Source: Eledone cirrhosa
Taxonomy: Eukaryota
DNA length: 64,000 bases
Direction: 5' to 3'
NCBI GenBank assembly: GCA_964016885.1
Contig: OZ024740.1
Coordinates: forward strand, 194,494,001 to 194,558,000
Part shown: positions 26,995 through 40,659 of the stretch, piece after piece
How positions within the stretch are numbered: position 1 is the first letter of the stretch
Layout: the number at the start of each line of letters is the position of its first letter
Position numbers and translations under genes: made by a program
The notes under the pieces: model-generated
The model's input: the letters and a program-made list of their open reading frames with translations, nothing else
The model's database searches: none
Told to the model about the DNA's origin: nothing

Positions 26995-27390
26995 GGTGGT
27001 GGGTTAACAGTATCAGTAGGCCGCCAGACAACGTGATTTGCGGCATATAGTTTCGTCCCTTTATGTTCTGAATTTAGCTTTGCCATTCATCCTTACGGAA
27101 TCGATAATATAAAGCGCCAGTAATGCATTGGGGTACATTTAATCGACTTCCCCTCCCTCAAAACTGTTGGCCTTGTTCATAAAGCAGAAACCATTATTAG
27201 ATTGATGGATTGGCAGAAATGTGAGTGAGTCGGATAAAATGGTTTGTGGTGATTTTCTGACCTCGAATCCGGCAATGATTAATTCACCTTTCATTTTTCT
27301 GAGGTCAATAAAGTATCTGAAACTGGGGTCGATTTACTTGTCTTTCTCCTCCTCCATTTTTCTGGCCTTGTGCTTAAATTAGAAACCATT
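26995..27390 (+). mobile_element. Two adjacent S1 SINE copies
   Basis: Each has the cct/catttcat..gataa core and ends in ggccttgt...agaaaccatt. Confidence 0.7.
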
Positions 27391-27419
27391 CTTATCCATT
27401 GCCATACTTATTCGTGCGA

Positions 27420-28900
27420 CTTTATCTTGCTGTCTATCGCACTGTCCTTAGTCAACGCTGTGTCCTTGAAACTTGGAAAGTCGAAAGAAACTGACTACGA
27501 CAGATGGGAAGGAATAACAACCCTTGTATGGAAAGAACTTCAAAGGCACCACGTTGTCGAGATAGCTGCATTAAGTAAGACATGACTACTCAACGATGGA
27601 CAAAGGACAGAAATCGGAGCCAACTACATATTTTTCTTATAAGGGAAGCCAAACAAAGTTTGAATTCTATATGTTGTCGGGTTAGCCGGATAGACAGGCA
27701 AGCCATCGTGAAACAACTTAATACGGTTCTTCATGTTATCAGTGAATAAATCATCTTCGTGAAGCTTCCACGAGCAAGAAGACATCATCCTCGTCAGTAT
27801 GTATGCACAAACTCTGGACTTCAGTTGAGAGATTATGGAATCCTTCTCCGGAAACTGAATATTACGGGTGACTTCAAGGCAGAGTTAAAAAATAATCATC
27901 TTTAGGACAAAGCACTGAGGGAATGATCGGCAATGTCAGCTCAAATTGTTTTATGTTACTAGGTCGCTGTTCTGAACACAATCTTGTTATCAGCAACACA
28001 CTGTTCTGACTCAAAGAGAAATATATAACATCTTAGATGAAGCCGGTTTAGAATAATTGCCTTCTCATCGAGTATGCTATCGTTAGATCACAACCTGATG
28101 TGACGTCTTCATCACCAGAATCAAGAGAGACACTAATAACTTTTGAACAGATTACCAAATAAAAGATCACTATCAAATAGAAACTGAAACCTCAGATTAG
28201 AACTGGTAATTTCACCAAGAAAGAAGATCAACGCCGCACTTCCTTGTGACTCTAATCATCATTCCAAAATAGTACCTCCAAAGAATTCTAAGTACACATA
28301 TCTCAGCGTTGTTCATTTGGAACTAAGATTGAAGTGTTTTCAATCGAAACTGTTACTTGTTGAAATATAAAACTACCACCTGATTGTCCGTGGGCCGAGC
28401 ATTAGTTATCAGCACACTTTAATCTTGCGAGACATGGACTCCTTGTCAATGTCACATCAAACAGTTTGAACGTGTTTAATTAAGAACAAAAGACAGTAAA
28501 CACATATGTACTAATTCAAGCAGAAATTACACATTGAAAGAATGATCATCACGCATCGGCTACACTGGAATGTCATGATCAAAAGATGGGCAGTATTTGA
28601 CTAACAAAGATCTTTTATTCTGAACTGCTAACAGAACAATATCCTCTTGGAAGGCCACAACCAAGTTTCAGAGACATATTGAAACAAAACCTCGCGAATG
28701 TATCTCAATGGAAAGAGAGCAAAGGAGAAATATCTGCAATCTGAGCTGCGAATACCTTGAGGATTTCAGAATGAAACAGAAATGTAAAGTAAGAAACAGA
28801 AGACCAGTAAAGAACAACAAACTATTGCGTCCTGAGAAGGCTGTCGAATGCTTCGATTAGATTTGGGTCACCACTATGTTCCGAAAGCCCATGTTAGAAG
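27420..28900 (+). mobile_element. Heavily decayed RTE LINE (APE endonuclease region and downstream pieces)
   Basis: Fragments read KELQRHHVVEIAALSKT, GANYIFF, SMYAQTL, GDFKA, GRCSEHNLVISNTLF. Confidence 0.75.
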
Positions 28901-30733
28901 ACAATACAAAAACAAATGAAATAAGTTAGATAACTTCTCGGATCGAGAATGATTCCAACACTATAATGCCATCAACGAACATCAACATCAGTATTCAAAT
29001 TGAAACAGAAAACACATTTTAGCCAATATAATATTGCTAAGATTATTCATCTCATGGAGTTGAATAATCTTTCTTGTGTAGTTGAATGATATTTTAGCCA
29101 ATCTCTCGGACTCTTAGCGCTGCAAATAGTAAGTTAAGATAAATATTGATGTCCTCATGCGTGGAGATGCTATAAATTATCTTATAAAATAAGATGATGA
29201 CCCTTAATATATAAAGAAGCTGCTTTCGGTTGCTCTGAGGAATTGAATCGAATATCTCCCCAGATACTGGCTATCTGGGAGATATGGGGTACAATTCCTC
29301 ATAGCGATCGATTGTATCTCCGTTTTCCGTCTTTTAGAGGTCTTCTCCCTGTTTTATAAGCTATTTTATAACATCTCCGCGCATGAGTACATCATTCCTT
29401 ATATTAGCCTTATTCAATTGTTTTAACGTCCTGTCGTATGATTATTTCGTGGTTGAGGTAGACTGCTCACTGAAATATAATTGTGCAAGTAGACCTCAAG
29501 TTAAAGTGTAACTGACCGCGTAGTCTGCATGCTAAAGGGGAACCTAGTTACTATCAAAGGATTTTTTAAATGTAAAAATCAGTATTCATTGATACATTGT
29601 TTTTTGTTGTTGTTGTTTTTGTAGTTGTTGTTGTTGTTGTTGTTGTTGTTTCTGCTTCTTTCTCTTATTTACTGCAGATATGAAATATATGACAACTAAT
29701 CAAATAAACTACTTTTACTAGGAAATGTTTCAAGACAACTGCACCATTTTATGAAACTGAAAATGAACTGTCATTTGTCCTGTATTTCTAACCTTCCGTT
29801 TTAAGTACACTTAAATACTTGAGATTTTGACCTTCTACTCATAGAAAATGACTTTTGCCAAAAATGAGATATAAAGTAAAAAAATGAATAATAAAAAGAA
29901 TTAGCATATCTTGAATATTTTGAAATATTTTCTGTACATATATCTTATGAAAGCTTAGTTTTATGTTGGTCCTCAATATACATAAATTTTATGTCTGAGA
30001 AGAATATATTTCTCGCAACCCGGAGAAGGGGACATATAATTATGACACCGAAGAGGCCCTGGTCGCTAATAACGGCTTCTGATTTTAAATTATAGTCACT
30101 GCATGCATTTGTCCATATTTCCCTATCTCCACTGTTACTTTACCCGTTTTATCAATCTATTTCATATATTTGAATTAATATTTTAGTTATTTGCATTGTG
30201 GTAACAATATTTTCAAATTTCAAATGTTTTTTTTTCTAAAGCTTCATCAGTGGTGTTTACACTTCTATCTTACACGCTTAAATCTTCTGAAAAGACAACA
30301 ATTAGCAGCTAGTTATCCTTTGGCGAAATGATGAAATGAGATTGCCGGAGGCATTTCTTGTCAACCTTTTTTTCAGTCACCAGGAGTTTACTCATTTTAT
30401 TCAACTACTGTTTATTGTAGTGAATGATGGAGCATTGTTTTCTATGTCTATGTCTTATATCAGTTTCTGTCCTCTCTATGCTTCTCTGTGCTATCTTCTT
30501 TTAAATGAACACGCTCGCAAATTTGATCTGGGATGGACCGTCCAGACGATGGCCAGTCAAGCCTGAAATGCATAGACGGTTGTCCTCCTTGCTTCTGCTG
30601 GACAGCACCAGAGGGCGTTACCCCCCCCCCCCCGGTGTTCGCATAGCTACGGCTTCCTAAAATCGTATTTCTTTCGAAATACGAAATTTCTATGCATATT
30701 GTATAAAGCTACGCTTGAAACGAAATCCTATTG

Positions 30734-30822
<89 letters not shown>

Positions 30823-30825
<3 letters not shown>

Positions 30826-30937
30826 TTGAAATAAAATGAAAACGAAATTTCATTTCTCACTCTTAGTACGGCACTTACTTAAATGTAAGTATGTATGTAT
30901 ACGTACATACATATATGTATACAGACGTACAGTAGCA

Positions 30938-30999
<62 letters not shown>

Positions 31000-31378
31000 C
31001 AGATACACATACATATATGCACGTATCAGTTTAGCGGACGCTTATTATAACGCTTTATCGTTTTCGGTATGCCTGACCGACTTAACTCACTCGATATGCA
31101 AATTAGGCTGCTCAGCCGTTAATTTTCATAAGGAAAGTATATACTTTCGAACGTTCAACTATCTGGCAGAAGGGTATACGGTGCTGATGATAGCTAACAA
31201 GCTTGAAACTAGTACATCGTTCCTGTGTCAGTGTTGAACAAAAAGGTGACGTGGTTGCCTTAACACCGTACGGCATAAAAATTCAGGCTGTTCAGTTTGT
31301 TTACAAACGAACAAAGCGGCGTTATAATAAGCGTCCGCTAAACTGATACGTGCATATATGTATGTGTACCTGTATGTA
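30823..31378. mobile_element. Diverged relative of the 466-bp HHR unit, arranged as antisense arm (30823-31051) plus sense arm (31052-31378) between (TA)n tracts
   Basis: Shares actcac...tatgcaaattag.ctgc.ca...taatttt.ata..aaag.atata and the HHR with the 466-bp unit. Inverted repeat ~30995-31051 versus ~31320-31378. Confidence 0.8.
31178..31220 (+). ncRNA. Type I minimal hammerhead ribozyme
   Basis: ACGGTG CTGATGA t AGCT aaca AGCT t GAAA CTAG TA CATCGT. Confidence 0.85.
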
Positions 31379-31380
31379 TA

Positions 31381-31439
<59 letters not shown>

Positions 31440-31959
31440 GCTAGAATCGCATTTCGGCGAGTAGAAATTAGCGAAACGCAATTTCCGATTTGTGTTGGCA
31501 AGCGTTCCATGGACCAGAAGAGACCAGAGCAATAAACATAAGTTATAAAGGCCATACAAACTGAAACAGCGGTTAAGAAGCTATTAACCACCTAAGCCCC
31601 AAAAACGAGCAAGCTAAGCGGGTCAAACAAAATATGATATGATTGAAATATATATATATATATATGTTTTTTTTGTGTGTGTGTGTGTGTGTGTGTATAC
31701 ACATATATATATATATATATGCATGTGTATGTGTGTGTGTTCCCTTACGACTTTGTACAGATCAACAAAATATACACGTGCCCCCATACACACACAGTCA
31801 CTTACACACTTACACACATATATATCCACTCTATATTCAAAGGTATTTTTGTTTCTTTTCAGCACGATACAGACACCTTCGGCCACAGCCTTTCAAATGA
31901 CGGCCAACTGAGCTTCTTATACCAAAACGCTGAATTTAACATTTTTCCCAAGTGATGGT

Positions 31960-32160
31960 GACCTAAATAGACCTGCTTTTTCTGCGAGAAAGTTTTTTTC
32001 CGTTTCTGCAACGGCTTAATGTTTTAATTTCTCATTCCATTTTCTGATGAAGAACTAGTGTCCAAAAGGTTAAGACTCTTTTCCTAGTATATCAAGCGTA
32101 AAACTAATATATTTCTTCATTGGTCTGTGTTGTTTGCTTTAATACTGATTACTTTTTGCA
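31960..32160 (+). mobile_element. PLE pLTR-like remnant with degenerate hammerhead (32044-32075)
   Basis: ctgatgaagaactagtgtccaaaaggttaagact; similar in context to 44990-45025. Confidence 0.45.
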
Positions 32161-35100
32161 AATATATATACATATAATCAGTGTGTGCGTGCGTGCGTGC
32201 GTGTGTGTGTGTGGGGGTGGGTACAAGTAGTGATATTCCCCGGTGGTATTTCTACTAGTAGAAAGTAAGTAGAGAAATTTATGTTAAAATAAACATTAAT
32301 TTACCCAATCACGGAAAAGTGTTTCGGTTTCTAAATCAATCTTTCCAGTGGTGGAAATAATGTTCAGTGATGGATACATCAGTTATAACAGGTTTTTGTT
32401 TTTATGCAGTTATTCCAAAGCCGTATTTAAAAGACTTTCACGCGTACACAATACAACCTTTGATAGAATTGGGTTAATAATTGAAGCATATTGTTATGTC
32501 TAGGTTTCATTCATATTAATATTCGTACTTCCTAGCGTATTGTGCGTACATATCGATTGTGTTTCTTTTGTTATAAATAAAAGAAGAGGTAACGGGAAAA
32601 AATTAAATAAAATTTAGTTCTAACAAGATAATTTTAATGCGGTGATGATGGAAACGGTTGAAATGAATTCAGTCTATAAGTTATTGATACCTGTCCCAGG
32701 AGGGAGTGTAAAAGGTCAAGAGGGATTCAAACTCACGAACTGCTCATAATTGAAGAACATAAAGCAACTTGTCGATCACTCTACTATTTTGGTCGTCTCT
32801 ACTGACCTTATGATGCCGAATAATGGTGTTTACATATATTTACATGATTCTGAGAATAATAGATAGTGGCATTGACACATGATTGACAGAACAAATAAGC
32901 AAAGCAGCATTAATCATGTTATTTTCTCAGCCAAATCTTCTTACTGCTTGAAGTTAAATACTATTTTCTATAACTTCCAGCATTTCAATACCAACCACAG
33001 CCAACTATCTAATATATTCTATAACATTAGTGACATTCCAATCTTGCCATCTTTAAATGATGTTTTTCTTGATATTTTTCGTTTGTTTTTTGTTTTGTTT
33101 TTCTATTTTGTTTTCATGTTTAGTTTTAGTTTCTTTTATAACTTAAATAACGTGGAATTGATTAAAGAATTTTCTATTTATCGGTATATCTTCTATTCTC
33201 AGATTTAACCAAATAAAATTGTAAAAAGACATCTAATTATTATGTAAAAGAACAGAGAGAGGGAGAGGGAGAGAAATACGAATGAGAGAGACAGAGAAAA
33301 GCATTTAAAGATTTCGAAAACATTTACTGCAAAAGGAGATAAAGATATGCTTCAAAATTTATGGCCTTCATCCTAGACAATACTATTTTGGTCTTTATGA
33401 TAATAAATTTTAATTAAAACACAATCAAACGATATTAAGTTAAATTACACAAAGATTAGATAGAAGGAGAGAGAGATGGAAAGGTGGTGAGAGGAAGGAA
33501 AGACAAAAAATATACAGAATCATAAAGGTACAAAGATTGTGAGAGAATTATTAAAATTGTTCAGTGCTTTCTTTAATACAACTTTGCAATCTTTACAAAG
33601 ATACTTGTTTTAATTCTTCTCCTTTGTTTTCGAAGAACAATCTGATATTTTTCTCATAAATACATTTTTAATAGAGTTTATTTGACAGTTTAAAACAGAA
33701 CATCTTGGTATAAATTTTAAAAGTAATAACAACTTAATAGAATATTTCCTCACCAAATATCTGCGCATATGATCCTTTTGATAAACTTCAAAGTTTCTAA
33801 ATCATTTTAACAAATCTATTCTTCATATGTATCTGTTTGTGTTGCTATTTGTGTAGTAAACGAGGAATTTGTATACAAATTTCTCTATGTATCCTTATGT
33901 ATGTGTTTGTTTTGTTTCGATGTATATTTAAATTCTATTTGTATTCTTCATGTATGCGTGTGTATGTGTGTCTATGCATTTATGTATGCATATAAGTTAG
34001 TGTATGCTTTCCTTATGTGTGGTTTTATGTTTAAGCATGTGTACCACTATGTATACTTTGGATATTGTATCTGTTTTTAGACTAGGATTCCTACGAACTC
34101 TATAACAAGATAGATGATGTTTCAAGAAAAACATTAACACTCACTAACACTAAAGGAAATTAGTTTCTCTATGTAATGAGATAAAGAAAGAGAATATCTA
34201 AATTCTTAAGTTTCCGGTATTCCAAATTTCAGTCAATTGTGGGCATATCAAATTATAGGCATATCTATGCTCTTGATAAGATCACGCCTGTCAGTCTTTC
34301 CCTGATAACAGGAGAAGTAGGAAATTTATAAGATGCTAAACCTGTTGCTAGTTTTGTTTTGATGACAAGGAAGAGAAAAAGCTGCCTATATCGAATAATC
34401 TTATAGAGAAATACGAATCAGACAATGATAAGAAATGAGGCTTTTTTTGTTTTATCTTCCACTGAATTGCACATATTGAAACCAAATGGACAACTGTTAT
34501 ATCGTATGATGAGAGCCACCATTACACAATCAAACAGACAATGGCCGGTTGAAAATACTTGGAAAGACAGCTATTGATATAATGTCAAATGAAATGTTTT
34601 ATCTATAGTACAGATACTTTATTGTAAACTAGCCCAATCTCCATGACTAAAAAGTGGATGCCACATGGTAGGGACATTTTGCTGATGTAAATGTCAGAAG
34701 CCTATGCTTAGCCAGCAAGGACATTCAACGTTGTCAATCGATCTGCAAGAAATAGCAGCCAAATCTCTCGCTTAAAAAAGGAAATGACGCATTATATAAT
34801 TACTTCTATATATCACGTGCAACTCACCTCTGTAATGTCTTTGCTGTTCGATCTGGGTTGCCTTAGAACTTAATAACATCAACAACAACACTGTTTAGTT
34901 GACGGGGATTTCATTAATTTGCATTAAAGTATTCATCTCTTTTATATAATGCACTTTAGAGAATTATTAACGTTGGAAAGATGTCCCCTCATCATTACAA
35001 AGACAGCAGTTCAGCCTTGATAATGACTCGATAATTTGTCATTACCTAATAATTATCTTCAGAGATAATCGTAGGGCACAAAGTGTTATGAAGCTTAACA

Positions 35101-35173
35101 AAACCTCAGGACAAATGTATATTGCATTACTTCCTTGAATCAAACGTTTAAAGACCATCATTCTTTATTATAA

Positions 35174-35625
35174 CTAGCAGAAAAACCACCCTTCGGGTGG
35201 TTTTCTGCTGGCATGTGATATGCATGTAGATATGATACATAAAATAAAATCGTAATTGACAATATACACAGAAATTAAACGAAGACTGTGTTACACTCTC
35301 TTATGTAATCAGTAACGTAATCCACGATACATTAAAAAAAGACGATATTATATATAAACTGCATCAGGAGAAAATTAGTGACGGAAATATATGATTCTTT
35401 ATCTAAGCGATCGCTAACTGGAAGTGTTGACATTTGAAATTTTTAAAGAAGTGAATCTTTAAATAAGTAATAAAATATATTTAATGAACAGCCACGAAAT
35501 TTAGTAGATAAATTATGTAATATTCATTCATTATTTCTTCAAAGTAATCCAACTTATTTTACAAACGGGATAAAAAAAATATATTCTGATGCAGTCCCGC
35601 ACTCCTTACTTTATTATAGTTTAGA
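35174..35625 (-). mobile_element. Non-autonomous Helitron
   Basis: Minus strand starts TCTAAACTATAATAAAG and ends CTAG, inserted between A and T. Strong subterminal hairpin aaaaccaccc-ttc-gggtggtttt. Confidence 0.75.
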
Positions 35626-37902
35626 TGTGAGCAAAGCAGCTGGGCATTAGTATTGTAAATGGGAGAGCTTCATAACTTCACGCTGATTGGTTTTCATACT
35701 AGAAAACAAAGTATCAACAGTTTAACTCCCTTTACAGTATCAACAAGGTTTTTAAAGTATGTGACACATATAATTATTTCATGTTAATCTGATACTCCTA
35801 TTAGTAAAAGAAAGATTAGATATAGTTCTTTGATGTAAATACTGGAACGTATCATGGTTTGTGTTGTTTGGCCCTATATCAGCCCTGATCGAACATACCC
35901 ATGATCAAGATCATTCAAGAAATTACCATCCCATGTTTCATATTTTGTGGAATAGTGCATCCCATAATCAATTATAAAATATGAGGTATAGTATGATCTG
36001 AGGATGTATTCCGAAAAGGACAATCGATTCAACTGAGTCTTAATCTTTTAGTAAATATATTGTATAATAATGTGAAAGGTTAGTCCCGAAACATCAGTAA
36101 TTCATTCTTCCTACACTCTACGAACTTATCCCAAAACACGAACCAATATCTTTAGAAAAGATGCTGGCGGGTATGGAATTGCAGAGCGCTGACGCTCTGA
36201 GAGGAAAAGATCAACAAATTGGTTACTCATATACACATGAAGAAGGTAACGGTTAGTGCTTTCATACATAAAGTCATCAAGATTCAGACGTTACCTAAAT
36301 TTCCTTGAAGACTCTTTTTTTATAGTTAGTAATTAAGATTGATTTCCTCCATTGCCTCAAGACAACGAAGCTGTATAGTAATTGAATATTATTGGACTTT
36401 TAGGAACGATAGGTAAAGGTATGTATAGATTTTGAACTTACATTGTAATTGCAATAAACAATATAAGACAGTTATTCCAACACCCAGCCATGTTTGCTCC
36501 AACACTTTCTTACTCAATGAAGTGTAAATGATGGCCTTTTAAGTTTCAGTGATAATTACATAAACAGAAGTTGTTTCCTTTATGAAAACATCCCATCAAT
36601 TATGATAAATTAATCCAATGATTCATTAAATAAATGACAAATGGATTTCCCTTTAAATACACATCTAACCTGTATCAGCTGAAATTTTCTTTGAGAGGAA
36701 ATAAACTTGGTGCTGCATATCAGCAAAGCACTCATCAATTCCACAATACTGCTGCTACTGTTTCTGGCACTGCATATGCTAATGATTTAAACCACTTCGT
36801 AATATCTACTTAGAGATAGATGTATTTAGCCTTTGAAAAGTAATAGTGCTTAATTGCAGACACAATCTAATAATTACAAGATATGTGTTCAGTTAAATAA
36901 TGTTAATGAGGAAATGACATGAGTCAGGGTAGATGACGTATGCTGAGTTTTAAATGAATTGAAATTTGACATTTAGTTGGAGAACCAAACCAAAGCCCTA
37001 GTGTCGCCTGTACCTATAGATATTTGTTTAGTGTGATTAGAGCTCCTCAGCGAATATATTTACTCCAACGTGCTTTATCAGTAATCATAGACTTTTTAAA
37101 GTAGAAAAAATACAAAGAAATTTAGCCATTATAATTTGCATGGATTCCCATAAGGAAGACTGTGAAAATAACTCAAGTACAACAAGTCATTAACATCACC
37201 ATCGTTCAGCTGCATTAGAAAATAACCACAATCTACCACCTCTTTCCGCTTTCATAATCATTTATGGTCCCATAAATATGTAACTAGCTATGACTATCGT
37301 TAGTATTTGAATCCCTAGCCCGAATTGGAACTCAGAACGTAAACTGCGGGACTGCTGAAACAAGGCACCTTGTCCGATTCTCTAGTAATTCCATCAGTTC
37401 ACCTCCATGAAACGATACTTTAATATACCGACCCCGAATTGGCTTCGACAGGATTTGAATTCAAAGCGCAAATCACCGCAACAAATACCACAAGATATTA
37501 TATCGGACACTCTCATTATTTGACCCCTTTCAAACCAAGTGTATTAATTCGGATAATTCGGGTAAGTAGTTATGTACTAAATGATGTACGCAAAGCATTC
37601 TAAATAATAGGTTAATATCTGAAAGCAAAATGCTCATTAATAAATTAATAGTTATTTTCAAATCAGCTAATGGGGCTGCAACCTTTAATTCGAAGGCTAT
37701 CTCTTCGTTGGACCTGTAACAGGGAAAGTACATGCTCTGATCTTCTACCCAAGCCCATATTTTATCCCATCCGTCTAATTTCCTCATCACTATTTTTATA
37801 TCTAAAATTCAGGCAGTGCAATAATCAGTTTCCCAGTCTTTCTTTCCAAAAGTGTTATCCATTTAAATTTTTCTCTTCCTCCATTCATTGTTTTCCCAAT
37901 TA

Positions 37903-38798
37903 CGAGGTGTTTCAGGAAAGAAATAGGACTAGTATCGTAAAAGAAATATTTTAAATCCGAAGTACAAACTACAAGTTTTCCCCTTCAAAATAAGCCCTCT
38001 CGAGTCTAATGCACATTCCATATTTATTCGCCTCGCCTCCATGCACTCTTGGAAGGATTCTACCAGAATTCTCTGCAGCTCCGTCGTCACGGCCCTCTTG
38101 AATGCTACCACGCCCGTAAAATGGGTCCTCATGATGATTTTTTTCTTTTCTCCAAGATCCTTGAGCTTGTAGAAGAGGAAAAAATCACACGCAGACAGGT
38201 CGGGTGGGAAGGGAGTTTTCTCCAGCACGGCGATGTTCTTCTCAGCCAGGAACTGTCAGATGCTTCATACGGATCTTCCGCATTCCCAAATCTTCGGTGA
38301 TAGTCATCCACACTCTGATGCGGTTCATGCCCAGCTCACTTGCGATCAGTCAGCCGACGATCGCCACGCACCACCTGCTTCACACGCTCAACGTTGCCCT
38401 TACTCCTGCTCATTGAAGGTATTCAACTCCTGAGGTCGTCATCTACGTCCTCCCATCGGTCGTCTTTGAGCATTTCGTGCCACTGAAAATCCCTGAGTGT
38501 GACATCGTCTCATCTCCGTACACTTCCTGCAGTATTCCGAGTGATTCTGACGGAATTTTCCCCTGCCTGACCAGAAACTTCAGGTTAGTTCGTTGCTCTG
38601 TGCCCATCACTTGACGGCCTAAAATTGAGGAACTGTAAACAAACGCAAGGGACAAAACATACAATTGCTTCAGAGAATTGAGATCAAAGTTATATACTCC
38701 CAGGATATTATGTCATACAGTAACGCAACCCACAGATCCCTACCTTACTCATAACTCACACTGCACACTAAGTCCTGTTATTTTTCTGACACACCTCC
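37903..38798 (-). mobile_element. Internally deleted mariner, related to 21237-22108, with short TIRs and TA TSD
   Basis: ta|cgaggtgtttcagg...tttttctgacacacctcc|ta. Remnants GTEQRTNLKFLVRQGK and PPDLSACDFFLFYKLK. Confidence 0.88.
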
Positions 38799-39294
38799 TA
38801 TATCTCCCTAAAGATCCTGAAGCCGAACATAGACTTTACCATTCGAATTTAATGTTCTAGGACCTTCAAACATTTGAGAAACAATAAAACAAAATGTGGA
38901 GAAGTCATTCCATCAATGAAGTATACAGTTGATCAGTCGTTCAGCTTGCAAGTTTTAGTCAAGGCCAAACTTAAGACAATTGGTTGCACCTAGTTGTGCC
39001 CCACACATATTGGGCCTCTGCGCTCGAGTAATCTACTCTGAACTAGTCATGTACACCCAACAATATATTGCAGTACATACATAATACTTATTTGGGTCCC
39101 ACACCTATTAAAGCCGGAGCTGATTGTACCGTATGACATATGACATAGTTTGCTGCCGTGTTACTGCTGTCTGTTATTTAGGAGTTTGAAATCATATATA
39201 GAATAAAACATACAATCTTATTCCTTACGTTTGTCCTCTCTTGGATACCCAAGCGAGAGCAGCCCAGCTCATTTTTGTCATCCAACTGCCTTGC

Positions 39295-39520
39295 TTATTG
39301 TCTATTCCCGGGTCTCCTGCTGGTAGGTTTTGCCCATAAAATCTATCCAGTGATTTCTTTCCGTAGACATTCTGACCACATATCTGTGGTATCGGAGCTG
39401 TGATGTCTCAATTCGGAGATGTAGTGGTTCTACCCGGAGCCGCTTTCTGTTCTTCAAGCTACGCATTCTATCGAGTAAAGTAATTTCAATGACCCTTCGG
39501 AAGAATCCCATTTCGGATCG
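39295..39520 (-). mobile_element. RTE LINE 3' fragment (same family as 720-1350)
   Basis: MGFFRRVIEITLLDRMRSLKNRKRLRVEPLHLRIETSQLRY. Confidence 0.8.
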
Positions 39521-40071
39521 TATTGTTTCAGTAATAACTCAATATCAAACATAGTTTTTACCAGAGTACAATGTTAATATGTCCATCTCATGTTATTTGG
39601 ATATTAGTAGCAAGCGCCAGATTGGCATCATTGCAAAGTGTTTATTATTCAGCAAAATATGATATAGTTTAATTATAGACAAAACGTAGAAATATAAACC
39701 CAAATTATGGATAGAAAAACTAAGCCAAGACATGGCTCCAGTATTAATATTCTAATGAGCATCAATCCTTAACATCCAAACATAATACACAGAAAAGGTT
39801 TCACGCTTATTTCCATTAGTGTCATTATTCAGATTAGTCCACCCCCATGGAAATTAAGAAATATATACATATCCTGTTTAAACTTAAATACATATGTGTG
39901 TATGTGAGTGTGTGTACATACGCACATCCACATATCTATATATGTGTGTGCGCGCGTGTGTGTGTGTATAAATTCTCTCGTACACTTGCACACGTATGCT
40001 CAAATAATTACATAATGAACATATTACATACACGCATATTACATTCACGCGTACATATTTATATTTACACT

Positions 40072-40103
<32 letters not shown>

Positions 40104-40659
40104 CAAACTCTCGTACACATGCAACCACACGCATATATACATCCGCGTGTGTGTTGGTATGATGACTACTCAGTTACAGATTTACCCATATCTATTCAAA
40201 TATATCACTCAATTATCATATTTAATTCCAAACACAAACCGTGGGCACATCTGGAAATCCAATATTTTCTAAACAAAAGTAAAATAAATGAGTTAGCTAT
40301 GGAAATCTAGTAAATTGTCATCCATCATATAAACAATTTACTTTGCGTTATATACATATATATCCATATAAGTTTATATATGTTTATATAAGATGTCTCT
40401 GTCAGTTCAGCATATTTTATTCGTAATCATGCGGAATGTGTGTGTGTGTGTGTGTGTCTGTGTGTGTGCGTGTGTGTGTGTGTGTTTGTGTGAGTGGCTG
40501 TATGTGTGTCTGTGTGTGTCTGTGCGTAGGGAAAATTATAGAGCTGAAGATGTACCTAATGTTATTTTTATCTGTACATACAAATTTACTATAGATACAA
40601 CGAAAAGAAGTGATTCCATGCAAAATAAATAAAAGTTTTTGGGTGGTGTGTATAGAATG

